Below are positions 1-13,870 of a stretch of 64,000 nucleotides of DNA, piece after piece. Source of the DNA: Octopus sinensis (taxonomy: Eukaryota); assembly GCF_006345805.1 (NCBI RefSeq), contig NC_043010.1, positions 53,196,001 to 53,260,000 on the forward strand, written 5' to 3'. How positions within the stretch are numbered: the first letter of the stretch is position 1; each line of letters begins with the position of its first letter. The notes under the pieces are model-generated. The model saw nothing but the letters and a program-made list of their open reading frames with translations. It did not search any database and was not told the origin of the DNA. The translations under genes were made by a program, and so were the position numbers.

Positions 1-433
1 CGTACGTATTTATCTGTCTATCTATAACTAGTCATATTTTATCCCGTCATACATATAACGACTCATAAAATATCGATATTTCTATATCACTAAATATATC
101 ACCCACTATCAGTGTATGTACATACTCGCTCTATCTATATATATGGATGTGTGTGTATATATATTTACATATATATGCATATATATATATACATTCTATA
201 GATATATATGTACATTCATACATGCATACATATGTAATATCATATCATACACCATGTGTTCATATATACACACGCGTTTTGTAGTGTATTTGCGTCATAT
301 ATTTGTATGCACTTACTTACATATATTCACACGGACACAGAGACACACACACATAGTGATATATATTCATATATTTATATAGACATATATATGCATATGT
401 ATAACCTTATATATAAGTATATATATATATATA

Positions 434-483
<50 letters not shown>

Positions 484-791
484 AATATACGTAAATGTAT
501 ATTGTTTTAATTTTCTTATCTATTTATATAGTTTCATCAAATGTATATATATAAATATATGTAATGGATATATGTATATATATATATATATATACAGAAG
601 TATATCTTTATTACGCACGTGCATGCATTATACATTCCTGTGTGTCTAGTGTCTGTATACATATATTTATAGATGCGTGCAGACATTTATATATGCATAT
701 ATATAATATATACTATATATATATACATACATACTATATATATATACATATAATATAATATATATATATATTATATATATAGTGTGTGTGT

Positions 792-830
<39 letters not shown>

Positions 831-1030
831 TGTGTGTATTTATGTATTTATAATGTATATCTTTATCGAAGTATGCATATCGTTGTACTTATATGCTTGT
901 GTATGCGAGTGTGTATATGTATTACATACATATACACACACGCACGCACGCACGCACACACGGACCAACGCACACACACACACAACACACACATATATAT
1001 ATATCTATATATATATAGAGAGAGAGAGAC

Positions 1031-1074
<44 letters not shown>

Positions 1075-2299
1075 TGATAGATAGATAGATGCACGCGTAC
1101 ATGCCTATATATACAGTGTACGTATTATGATCGATACCCTTGTACGGCTATTAATACTTCTCTTTCTCTTTCACCTGTCCCTAACTCCTGTTCAGTACTT
1201 TTCCTTGTCTCTCTCTTCCCCCAGCCTCTCTCTCCCTCCCTCCCTCCACCCCTCTCTCTCCCACCTACGACAAATATCTTGCAAAAGCTAATCATACAAA
1301 CAGCTATAATAGACATGTAGAATATGTATATTATCTTTATAGTAAAACTGGTATATATTGTTTCAAACACAATCATGTGATTAAGACGTTTCTACCGTGC
1401 ACTCGTTGTTCAAAATGATTGCGCGGCATTTCGGGCAGCTGTCTTACACTAAAAACATCGGATTTGACCAAAGTCTCGTGATGCAAGTTTCTTAAATTGG
1501 AACTATTTGGAAACCTGTCATTTTTACGTATATTTATAATTATATCTATCTATCTATGTTTATATATATATATATAATATAAATAATATATACGTATCTG
1601 GTTATATACATACATATGTATGTATGTATATATACATGCATATATGGGTACAGGACATAAAAAAAAAACGAAAACATAAAAACAAAAACATAGAAAACGA
1701 AATTTTTTTCGAACAACGAAAAAAACCAGAGAAACGAGACATGCAACATAAAGAATATTCCCCTTCATCAGTTGTCCCTGTTTCATCTACTCCGCGTCAC
1801 GAAGGTAAGGACAATACACGACTTCGTTGAAACAGTCTTTCCAGCAAAGCAAATTGAATAAAAATTGGGATTTTTTGCGGAGGGTGAAAGTGGTAACAAG
1901 AAATAGTTGAAAATATGTGGAAAACAAATAGAAAATGTGGAAGAGAAATGCCTTCGTTTCACATATTCGATAAGTTGGAGGTAGGTTTCGCAGGCATTTC
2001 GTGTACCACGACAGCAAATATTACAAATATAAAAATATATAAAAGGATCCACATAAGTACAAAAAAGGTGGAATAACTAGTACTCGAATAACAAATGTAG
2101 AGTTATATACTTTTTATTAAAGCTGCAAAATGATCGTAGAACTATTACTGTTCCCGTTCGACGAACATTTGTCATAAATACATACAGGGGTTGGACAAAA
2201 TAATGGAAACATCTTAAAATTTCAAACAGGTTTATTTTGATATGGGGTAGGACCGCCTTTGGTAGTATTCACGGCTTGAATTCTGCTAGGTATGGACTC

Positions 2300-3209
2300 G
2301 TACAAAGTTTGAATTGTTTCCAAAGGAACTTTAGTCCATTCTTCTGCTAAAACAGTTTCCAGTGTTGTGGTAGAAGATATCGACTCCTTAATCGTTTTTC
2401 AAAAATACACCATAAATGTTCAACAATATTGAGATCTGGGGCTTGTAGTGGCCAGTTATTGTGTTCAACTTCACTAGAATATTCCTCGTGCCATTCAGTA
2501 CCAAATTGAGCTGTGTGAATTGTTGCATTATAATCTTGAAAGATTGCATTTCCCTCCGGAAAGAGTTCCGCAACCATAGAAAGAATTTTATGACGTAAAA
2601 TGCATAAGTAGTCTTGATTATTAATTCTGCCATGAAGGCAAACGAATGGGCCGGCAAATTTTCATGATATAGCCCCCACCCAGATCATCACAGATCCTCC
2701 TCCATGTTTAACAATTGGAAGAAGGCAGTCTGGGTCAAATGCTTCTTTTGGTTTTCTCCATACATATACTCGGCCGGTGGTCGGAAATAAGGTAAAGGAG
2801 GACTCGTCCGAGAATATAACATTCTTCCACTACTCTAGGAACCAATTCTGTAGGTTTTTACTCCACTCTATACACTGCAACGATTGTTTGTGCAGCTCCT
2901 GGCGAACAGTTTTTGTGGAAACTGAGTTCTAGAGGTGGTCCTTAAGTTCTGCAGTAATTTTGGGAGCTGTATTTTTGTGAACCTTTCTAACAATTTGCGT
3001 AAGAGTCCAACGGTCTCTATCTGACCGTTTGGTTTGCTTCCGTAGTTTTGTTTCGACGAGGAGGTTTTTCCCTCTTTCTCAAAGGCTGTCATTACTTTCG
3101 AGACAGTACTTCTTGATACACTAAATATTTCGGCTGTTTTTGTTAAGCTAACGCCTACCATATGAGCACCAACAATTTGACCTGTATGAAAGTCAGATAT
3201 ATCTGTCAT
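2300..3209 (-). pseudogene. Tc1 DD34E-type transposase, frameshifted and with stops
   Basis: N-terminal HTH (MTDISDF..GQIVGA..SLTKTAEIFSVSRSTVSKV), then VIFSDESSF, VKHGGGSVMIW, FQDYNATIH (cf. FQDDNAPxH) and WPLQAPDLNIVEHLW (cf. WPxQSPDLNPIEHLW), spread over several frames. Confidence 0.92.
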
Positions 3210-3294
3210 TTTAATGGATTTTAATTACCTTTTTCTGGTGATATCTGAAAAGAAACAGAAATTTTAGCAAAACATATTTCAAAATTATGATACA

Positions 3295-3468
3295 AGGTGC
3301 AGGAGGGGCTGTGTGGTAAGTAGCTTGTCTTCCAACCACATGGCTCCGGGTTCAGTCCCACTGCGTGGCACCTTGGGCAAGTGTCTTCTACTATAGCCTC
3401 GGGCCGACCAAAGCCTTGTGAGTGGATTTGGTAGACGGAAACTGAAAGAAGCCCATCGTATATATGTA

Positions 3469-3554
<86 letters not shown>

Positions 3555-3765
3555 CGTGTGTCTGTGTTTGTCCCCCTAGCATTGCTTGACAACTGATGCT
3601 GGTGTGTTTATGTCCCCGTTACTTAGCGGTTCGGTAAAAGAGACCGATAGAATAAGTACTGGGCTTCCAAAAGAATAAGTCCTGGGGTCGAGTTGCTCGA
3701 TTAAAGGCGGTGCTCCAGCATGGCCGCAGTCAAATGACTGAAACAAGTAAAAGAGTAAAAAGAGT
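3295..3765 (+). mobile_element. SINE family A (tRNA-derived, internal (TA)n(TG)n microsatellite), full length
   Basis: A/B-box-like head GGCTGTGTGGTAAG...GGTTCAGTCCC, internal microsatellite and (TAAAAGAG)n tail. More than 10 similar copies in the window. Confidence 0.88.
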
Positions 3766-3795
3766 AGGTGTTTCCATTATTTTGTCCAACCCGTG

Positions 3796-3863
<68 letters not shown>

Positions 3864-4171
3864 AACAAGAAAATGGAGGAGATCAATAGGTGGTTCATCA
3901 ACTTTTATACATTATATTATGTCAATTTATTAATTTCTAAAATGACAATTACAAGAATATACATACATATATATTATGCTTTACACACACAAACACACAC
4001 ACACACATACACATATATATATATATGTATATATACGTATATATATGTATATGTATATATATATGTGCATATATATACATATGTATATGTATGTACATAT
4101 ACATATATATATGTATATGTATATATATATATGTATATATATGTATATGTACGTATAAATATATATATATA

Positions 4172-4222
<51 letters not shown>

Positions 4223-4509
4223 TATATATAGGTGTGTATATAAGGAAAAAGAAATGAATAAAGGATAAATGATTTTTCCCATGAACTTCATTAGCTTACG
4301 GCTGTTTCTGCTATTGTGGTTGTGTGCCTGTGTAACAGCCTACAGCTTCATAGGAACGTCGGATATGAAGTGCAACTTATCTGGGAAAGAATATAGTTGG
4401 GAACGGTATTATCGTTGAGAACGTCAATATAGATGACTATAGAAATGATGTCTCCGAAAAGTAATTATCGTTTTTTGTAGAAATATATGTATATATTTAT
4501 ATTTAAAGT

Positions 4510-4860
<351 letters not shown>

Positions 4861-5903
4861 TGTGTATCTATTTATGTTTCTGTCTATGTACATGTTTGTG
4901 TGTGTGTATGTATGAGTGTGTGTGTGTGTATGTTTTTGTGTTTCTACGAATCTAGATGTACTTATGTGTTTGCGTATGTGGATAGTCTTGTGTGAAACTG
5001 TGTACATTGCTGCAAAGTGTTACGTCGAGTTGCTTTGCTTTACATTCGAAGTTTTAGCTGAGATCAATAAAATAAGTATCGTAAGGAAACAAGGATTGTG
5101 GATCGATATATTTGACTAAAACTGTTCCTGACAGTCCCCCAATATCGCTGCAGTCCAATATATAATGCTTGAAAAAATAACTTAAAGTATTTAAGACAAC
5201 ACTTTCAATATGTGTGTACTTGTGAGAGTGGGTGTATACATGTGTATATATGTATAAACATATGTACATATATATGTATGTATATACATATATATTTCCA
5301 TTTACATATATATATGTACATAGATACACATATGTATATATATATATATTGATGTATACATATATATACACATATATACATTTATGCATAGTTTATGTAT
5401 ATATATATACATACATATATACACACACATATATATATATATATGTATATTGATATATACATATATATGCACATATTTATATTTGTGCATAGATAAATGT
5501 ATGTAAATACATTCATTTATACATGTATAAATATACATATTTACATACACACACACATACATATATATATATGGATAGACTGATAGATAGATAGATACGT
5601 GCATACATACATACATACATACATACATACATACATACATACATACATACATACGTAAATACATACATACATACATACATACATACATACATACACACAC
5701 GCATACATACATAGAGCAATTCCAAGATATGCTTCGATGAGTACGTTCAAATTCGTAGGCGAAATGGAATATACTAAATATTTTACTTATGTACAATATA
5801 GATCGACTTCACTCTCGAAGCATCTCATCGCTTCTAATTCTTACTGCCTTGTTTTTTAGTATCTGTTCGTTATTTTACTCTTTGAAATTCATGCTTGTGT
5901 GTG

Positions 5904-5935
<32 letters not shown>

Positions 5936-5945
5936 ATATATATAA

Positions 5946-6032
<87 letters not shown>

Positions 6033-6125
6033 TATATACTATATATATATACATATATATTACTAGATATGTGTGTGTATGTTACATACACACACACACA
6101 CACAAACACACAAACACATATATCA

Positions 6126-6285
6126 AGTAATGAAGAGTATAGAGATTTCTACATCCCCAATATTTATGTGATAATCTTATGCAGCATACGATGACATACA
6201 CGTCATTATAGGTCATTATAATATGCTGTATAAATTAATAGAATAAATTTTGTGGATGTACAAGTCTCCATACTCTTTATTATTA
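6126..6285. repeat. Imperfect fold-back (inverted repeat)
   Basis: GAGTATAGAGATTTCTACATCCCCAATATTTAT pairs with ATAAATTTTGTGGATGTACAAGTCTCCATACTC. Confidence 0.7.
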
Positions 6286-6920
6286 ATAATCATATATGCT
6301 CCAGAAACTTTTATCGTCCAGTAAAGCGTACATTGACTTAACCATCGGAAGAATTCACGGTGTGATTTGCTACAAATTGTAGTCACAGCCGTTAACTGGA
6401 ACTGAACTAAGAGCTAATACGGTATCCGTCCGGATAATATAATTCAAGGAATTCACTTATACATATATACATATTTTTTTTTTGGCATATCTAAAAAATA
6501 TTTTAAAGTGAAAATGACTTTAAAACTACGGTGAATATTTCCTAAAAGATCCGTTCGTAACCTAGGTGTGAAATAGCTTTTTTCCATAGGATTTTTTCGA
6601 GTGCATTCAACGTATCTCAGTTCAAAACATTTGGCTGCCATTTCTAGCACGCCCTACTACCACATAACAGCTATTTGCGATAAAAGACTCGAAATACCTG
6701 TTACGTGTTAGCAGAGCTTGCAAGAAATAGCAGCCAATATTTTTATTTTCTGGGGAAAGGAGCCGTTTACGCGTGATTTTGATCTCATATTCTTTGAAAG
6801 CATGCGAAATAACCTGGAAATGAAAAACAAAACTCCATTGCTGGGAAACTCATAGTTTCCCGGTGCCCCAACAGGTCACGGGTACTCTAGTATATATATA
6901 TATATGTATGTAAATATGTG

Positions 6921-6964
<44 letters not shown>

Positions 6965-6985
6965 GTATGTAAATATGTGTATATG

Positions 6986-7017
<32 letters not shown>

Positions 7018-7021
7018 ATAT

Positions 7022-8142
7022 AGTATTAATTTATAAAAATATGGTAAAGTAAAAAAAATTCACTTTACCGCACACCGAACTTTTCAGAAATAGCAGCCAA
7101 AATTTGGCTATTTCTTCAACTGCAAGTAAAAGTCTCCAGACAATGCATACTCAGAAAATAACTCACATAGGTATAAGGGAAAAACAATGAAAGATCACAT
7201 CCATATAAGATACCCGAGAACAGCCTGTTTCTGGATTCGTGGGTTAGAAGGAAAAGTGGCGTTTAACCCACGAATCCAGAAACAGGCTGTTCTCGGGTAT
7301 CTTATATGGATGTGATCTTTCATTGTTTTTCCCTTATACCTATGTGAGTTATTTTCTGAGTATGCATTGTCTGGAGACTTTTACTTGCAGTTGAAGAAAT
7401 AGCCAAATTTTTGGCTGCTATTTCTGAAAAGTTCGGTGTGCGGTAAAGTGAATTTTTTTACTTTACCATATTTTTATAAATTAATACTTCAAATATACCG
7501 TAAATGGTCCTTTTACATACCGAATACTACTTGGTCGAATTGATTAACAATTAATTAATTCTACCCCGTTTTTACTGACAATATAATGCTTTCTCTCCAA
7601 GAATTTGAACTACAGTTTTCGCGTCTGTAGAAATGCACTACTCTATGACTCACGTGGGTGGACAGGGAGAATAATAGATCTCATTTGTATTTTTGGATTC
7701 GCTAGTACTGGGTGTCCAGCATAGTTTGTCCGATGTTACAGATATCGGATGGGTATGTTTGGTTCTTAGTATTTTCAAATCCAAATCAGAAGAAATCTCT
7801 GAGCTGATGAAGGAAAAGTGGCGTTTAACCCACGAATCCAGAAACAGGCTGTTCTCGGGTATCTTATATGGATGTGATCTTTCATTGTTTTTCCCTTATA
7901 CCTATGTGAGTTATTTTTCTGAGTATGCATTGTCTGGAGACTTTTACTTGCAGTTGAAGAAATAGCCAAATTTTTGGCTGCTATTTCTGAAAAGTTCGGT
8001 GTGCGGTAAAGTGAATTTTTTTACTTTACCATATTTTTATAAATTAATACTTCAAATATACCGTAAATGGTCCTTTTACATACCGAATACTGCTTGGTCG
8101 AATTGATTAACAATTAATTAATTCTACCCCTTTTTTACTGAC
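7022..8142 (+). mobile_element. Penelope-like pLTR cassette (inverted + direct repeat) carrying a hammerhead motif
   Basis: 7022-7246 is the reverse complement of 7264-7488. 7247-7579 is repeated directly at 7809-8142. Copies are near-identical and the cassette is flanked by (TA)n. Confidence 0.75.
7798..7859 (+). ncRNA. Type I hammerhead ribozyme motif
   Basis: Stem I TCTGAG/CTCGGG; core CTGATGA; stem II GGA..GTGG/CCAC..TCC; GAAA; stem III ACAG-G-CTGT; site GUU. Confidence 0.7.
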
Positions 8143-8165
8143 TATATATATTATATATATATATA

Positions 8166-8237
<72 letters not shown>

Positions 8238-8284
8238 ATATAAGAAAGCGAACGCTCCCGATGCTTTTAATTATATAATAAATA

Positions 8285-8520
8285 TTGATTTCAAATTTTG
8301 GCACAAGGTCACCATTCTTGTGCGAGGGAGTAAGTCAATTACATTGGCCCCAAGTGCTCAACTAGTACTTATTTTATCATTCTGCAATGGAGGAGAGGCA
8401 AAGTCGACCTCGGTGAAATTTGATCTCAGAACACAAAAACGGGTGAAATGCCGTTAAGTATTTTGACCGTCTTTCTGTTCCAAGTTTTTCTGTCTAGTGA
8501 TTCTATCAGCTCGCCGCCCT
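8285..8520 (-). mobile_element. SINE family B (Deu/Nin-domain-like), diverged
   Basis: Similar to the other family B copies (GGCAAAGTCGACCTCGG...GCTCGCCGCC). Confidence 0.75.
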
Positions 8521-10362
8521 CTATTATATGATAAGTATTAAATTCCGACGAAGCAGCTTTAATAAACTATATTAAAGTAAAATCATATTTTACAAGTTCA
8601 AATATACTTAGACGTGAGAAGAATTTTACTGCAGAAATAGTCTTGGGAGGGACTTTCCTTCTAGACATATGTACAAACACATTGTAAACGGCGTTATTAG
8701 ATCGTAGAACGCACAGGTTTCTGCATTCTTTCGTGTCTTCAGCTCCGAAAACCAGGTCTAACTTTCACAACCCAAAAAGTACGATTCCACCACATTAGAA
8801 AAGCAAAGAGTACTTCTATTGATGAGCATTAAGCTTGGCCAAGCTAAGGAAATATTTGGCGTCCGTATGTGACGATGTGAAAGAACAGAGAAATAAAATG
8901 CATGCTTCTTAAAATCTAGTGACGTCATTTACAGCCAAATTTTCTCATACATGTCTTGGAGAAGAGTCTTCTCCTGAGACTATTTCAGCAGTGAAAAGTC
9001 TTATTACGTCCGAGTGTACTCAAGCGTGGTAAACATTGTTTTATATTAATTATATTTTATTGAAAGCTATTTTGTGCAACTTTAGTATTTAATCCTAGCT
9101 TGATCAAGCTTTGCAAGCATCAGCTAATGTCCAATATCATTGATTTGTAGTTATCGGGTTGTGCATGACAGTGGTTGTAGTTGACAACACGAAATAACTC
9201 AATGATGACTGCATCCTACGATCCAATAACATCATAGATAGTCCAAAGTGTTTTCGCACCTGTTGTTTCCGAGGAAGTTTTTTTTCCGAGATTATTTCTA
9301 CGCCGAAAGGCCTTTTCTCGTCCGTGTGTGCTCAAGCATTTTGTGTATCATTTTACATGAATATGGCGAATATTCTTTATAACAAAAGCATCATCGATCA
9401 AACTTTATTTTCAGTAAGAAATAAACGGGAAAAAATACGGTTTATGATTTTATTCAGTTTTTTGTTGGGTAGATAGCCCCAACTTAAATTCAAAAAGCTG
9501 AATAGCAATAATTTTTTTTTAATGCACATTTGTCACAGATACCGTCTAGTAAGAAAATTTTCTACCGAGTCTACAGTTGCAGCGAAAGATCTTTCCACTT
9601 CGAATCTACTGAACGTGTTAGCTCTAACATTACACGCATTTAATAAGTTTTCTTTGCAAGTGAAATAGGAAAAAATATTATGGATCAAAATATGGTTTCA
9701 TGATGTAAAATCTTTGGGAAATAAATCGATAATCGAAGTCAGACGGCAAAAAATAAAAATAAAAACTAACTTATCCAATATACAAAGCCCAAAAATGCTA
9801 TCATTCTCACATGCATAAAAAAGTCACATATATAAACATACTAGTAGGCGTTGAAGATGTAATTTCGCTAACTTTCATCACCTACAAGTAAATTTCTGAC
9901 ATAGGATCGTCTTTGAGTTTGAAAACCTGCTGGAATAATTTATATAAAATAGAATAATTTTGTTATCAAGCTCCTGAAGGATGAGATCTTTTATTATTTT
10001 TTTTATTAGTTCAGAATATATTTAAATATTTTTGTTACGTAGAATATTTGATCTTAGTATTAATGGATCTAGCTCTTACTTTCTTACATGTATGTTATAT
10101 CCTTGCTGCCTCTACTTAAATGGATTATGCGTGCGTGCGTGTGTGTGAGAGCGTGTGTGAGAGCGTGTGTGGGCGTGTGTGTGAGTAGGTGTGCGTGGGT
10201 GTGTATGTGTGTATGTATATATGCATACGTACATATATATATATATTATATATATATATGTATAAATATGTGCGTTAGAGAGCTAGTTCTACACACACAT
10301 ACACACATACGTGACCGACCAGGCTATCAGATATTGCTACACATCACTGGTCACAATGCGCG

Positions 10363-10542
10363 AGAGTGAGAGAAAGTTGTGGCGAAAGAATACAGCAGGG
10401 ATCTCCACCACCCCTGCCGGAGGCACGTGGAGCTTTAGGTGTTTTCGCTCAATAAACACTCACAACGTTCGGTCTGGGAATCGACACCACGATCCTACGA
10501 TCGTGAGTTCGCTGCCCTAAGCACTGGCCCATTGCGCCTCCA
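10363..10542 (-). mobile_element. SINE family C (tRNA-derived), partial
   Basis: Reverse complement head GGAGGCGCAATGGCCCAGTG; matches 13871-14167, 18566-18870 and 41895-42214. Confidence 0.8.
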
Positions 10543-10557
10543 CACACACACACACAC

Positions 10558-10595
<38 letters not shown>

Positions 10596-13500
10596 CACGA
10601 TCATATTGATACTGTTACCTGCGATTCAAGTCATCATACATGTATACATAACCGACACATGCATACCCATACATACACACAGACACAGAAGTACAAGCAA
10701 ATATACATCTAGACGTATAAAATCAACAACTACTTATGTTTGTGAAATTAGAATCCCTTTGAAGCTGAAAATCTTGCAGACGAATATTTTTCTAATAACC
10801 GTATTCTCTAATATTAGCCAAAAATAATGGGTTAGCCATAGCTGAAAATGCCAACTGACACACGGTAGATGCAGTACTTTCGGTGTAAAATATGAATAAC
10901 TTATAAACTGAACTATAGTTACGATCCTCGGATCTCCTCTTAATTTCCCTACCAACATACATTAAACATTTAATATAGCTAATGAAATTCTTATACCAAC
11001 TTTAGTTCATACATTTTAATGAAATCCTAAATATCATAAGTAGAAGTGTTACCAACTAAATAGTCGATAGCGTAACCTCTTACTCCAAAATAGTATCTTG
11101 CCAGATACCGGATATAAAAGTATAAGTCTCTTAATCCCTCAGTTTTCCAAACTAGGAGTAAGTGACTAAATATCCTTTAGGTTACACGTCTCTTGACGCT
11201 AAATGTTAAGCTTATTATCGCTGAAACCTAACAAGCACTATCTGTAATCACTCCCCCATTAGCAATAAATATATAAAATTATTTGATAATTATAGTCTTG
11301 CATTAAATTACAGTTGGATCACCAATATGAAGAATATCATTTCCAATATAACACGAAAAAGGACTGGGAACAGTTACTTATGTAGAATCGCTATGCCTGA
11401 CCGCTATAAACGTCTTCTACAATGCAGAAGCCATAACATATAGATTTACATTTATCCCCACCGAACTAAACGAAACCAGACCAAATCTTAATATTATATA
11501 CGTATACTACACATGCATAACCAAGGATAAATCCACCGTTCTTCATTTATCTGAATAAACTTGTCAATTACAAGAAAATGATACCAATACTAATTAAACT
11601 AAATGAAAACTTGCTAAAAAATCAAGACCATATACGAGCAGAAATAAAGATGTGAGCGTTACATAGCAAATGATGGCATCTTCTTTAAAAACTGCGTAAT
11701 GCTGAACTATATTTAAGTATGAAATGCAAAATATAAGAAAATATAAACATTTCGAGAATCATCTGTTATGCAACTAACGCTCACTACCACTGCCTAACTG
11801 ACTATATCCCCATTCAACCATACACGTATTCATACAGAAATGTTTATAATGGTACAGCCTATCTGTGACTGAATCGCTCTTAGGGTACATTTCGTGTCAA
11901 AGCAGGGTGATGACTAAAATTATATTAACCGAGGGTGGTAATTTTTTATATCTTCATCAATGAAGTAAATATCAGGAAAACCTCAGACTATTTTGGTTTA
12001 AATATATACATGTCCCTAATGTGTTTTCAATACCAGGGTACATACTTTATACACTAACATTTAAAGATCTTCAACGTATAACTAATATCTTGTTTTTCAG
12101 CGTTATTTTAATGAGACAATCTCTTGGTGCGCCATCTTGTGTAATTTCTTTTTAAAATTTCAATTAGCTATTTCTTTAATGTGACGAAATAATTATGTCA
12201 CAAAATAAATTGCCGTCTATTATTCAGTAATCACAAGCTTTATCCTAGAGTCTTTTTAACCTTTATCAATTAAGGCCATTCAAATAATCTAAACCCAGAT
12301 TCTTTTCAGACTAGTTTAGTTTCATAAAATTTCAGGCATCTCAATAAAACAACCCTTTCAGCTACCGGTCAGTAAACTTCCACGTCTCCAATTATACATT
12401 TTTGGAAACGTTCATTTGTGTTATTAAATATTTTAAAACCTGAATTTCTTGCAAAGTAAACATTTATCCGAACTTATGGCGGGTGCTATCCACTTCAAGT
12501 GTCCACCTATTCACTGTAACAAAGACCGATTTTTTTCACGGAAAACGTCACTGCAAACGGTATAGATAACAGAATTTAAACCTAAGTTTATTCCTATGCA
12601 ATTTTCGAAGATCATATCGCTGCGGTTAAGCCTTCAAAGAAAATATCAGGATTTTAAATCTACTTAAATCGACTTACACTCTCACACATCAAAGCTTACT
12701 CGAACCGTTTTTAAGTCTAAATGTAATAATGCACTCACACTCTGTTTGATCTTATTTTTTTAATGTTATTAAATTGAAAAATTCTAGATTTCAATTGTTC
12801 GCTTGTTTTGGTTAGAACGAAAACAAAATCTTTTTGCACGTTTTCGATAATTTCCAGCGTTCTTGAATGAGCCCACACATTCATATTTCCTGCGCTTTTA
12901 TGGAAAGACATTTTTGTTATTCCTTCAGTATAGAAATAAATTTTTAAATTAATATTCATTTTTGCGCTAAAATAATTAAGACTAGTTATTAGGACAGGAT
13001 GAGGATGGGGAGAAAATTACAATATAAATATTTAGGAGTGAGAAATCGGGCACAATGTTTTAAATTACGAATAAATATTTGAAGATTAATTTTAATTATT
13101 TCGTTGCGAGAAACTCGGAACAACGATTTAAAAAAAAAATTAGTTCACACTTAAGTAAAATAATTTTCCTCGTTTTTTTACTCTTTTTGTGTTTCTCCTT
13201 TCAGCGTTTGCATATGTTCAGTATTCTGTTTTATAGACGGGTCACGTAGAAAGCCAACAGCTGAATATAGAGCAGTAACCGTTGAAATATTTTCAATAAA
13301 AATATCTCCATTGCAGCTGACAGAAATTATTTGAAATGTTAAACTGAGGAAATGGTAGTCTTCATAAGTAGCCTTCTATTTCCTCTGTTTAACGTTTCAA
13401 ATAACATTTTCCAATAAAAAAGCTCATATCGGAAATATTTTAGTACTTATTATTATGATGGAGATTTTCTGATCAGACACCCTTACGAGGAAGATTTCCG

Positions 13501-13870
13501 TAATATCGACCTTCCCAGTATACTGCCTCATTCCTATAAAGCGTGAAAAAAAACCATCAACGTATCCTCTTCTACTTTTTTAAAAGAGCGCTCAACACAT
13601 TGACACGTTAATTATACACTTTTCTCACAATACAAAATATTTCAGGCGTCCACAGAAATGAGCTTGGACAATTTTATCCAGATAAGACTAGCTTCCGAAT
13701 TAATCAATCATGGCTGAATTTAAAGTAAAATGACGAATTTTGCAGAATATGTTCCGTCCCCGCTTCTTACCGTTTCAATCTGCATTGCAAGCTGTAAATG
13801 ACCGATGAATTTCTTCTTTTTATTCCAAGCCTCATATCCATTAAGTAAAAGAACGAAGTACTAATTTTCT

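Larger units (their letters stand above)
2185..3795 (-). mobile_element. Tc1-family DNA transposon, complete ends, inactive; SINE inserted next to one TIR
   Basis: 29-bp TIRs: CAGGGGTTGGACAAAATAATGGAAACATC (2185-2213) and its reverse complement GGTGTTTCCATTATTTTGTCCAACCCGTG (3767-3795). Both ends are flanked by TA. Confidence 0.93.

Noticed and set aside
1745-1800. CTGATGA followed by a hairpin on the minus strand
   Set aside because: No GAAA box after stem II and no stems I or III.
10690-11900. A-rich unique stretch resembling a decayed retroelement ORF
   Set aside because: No recognisable motif; many stops.
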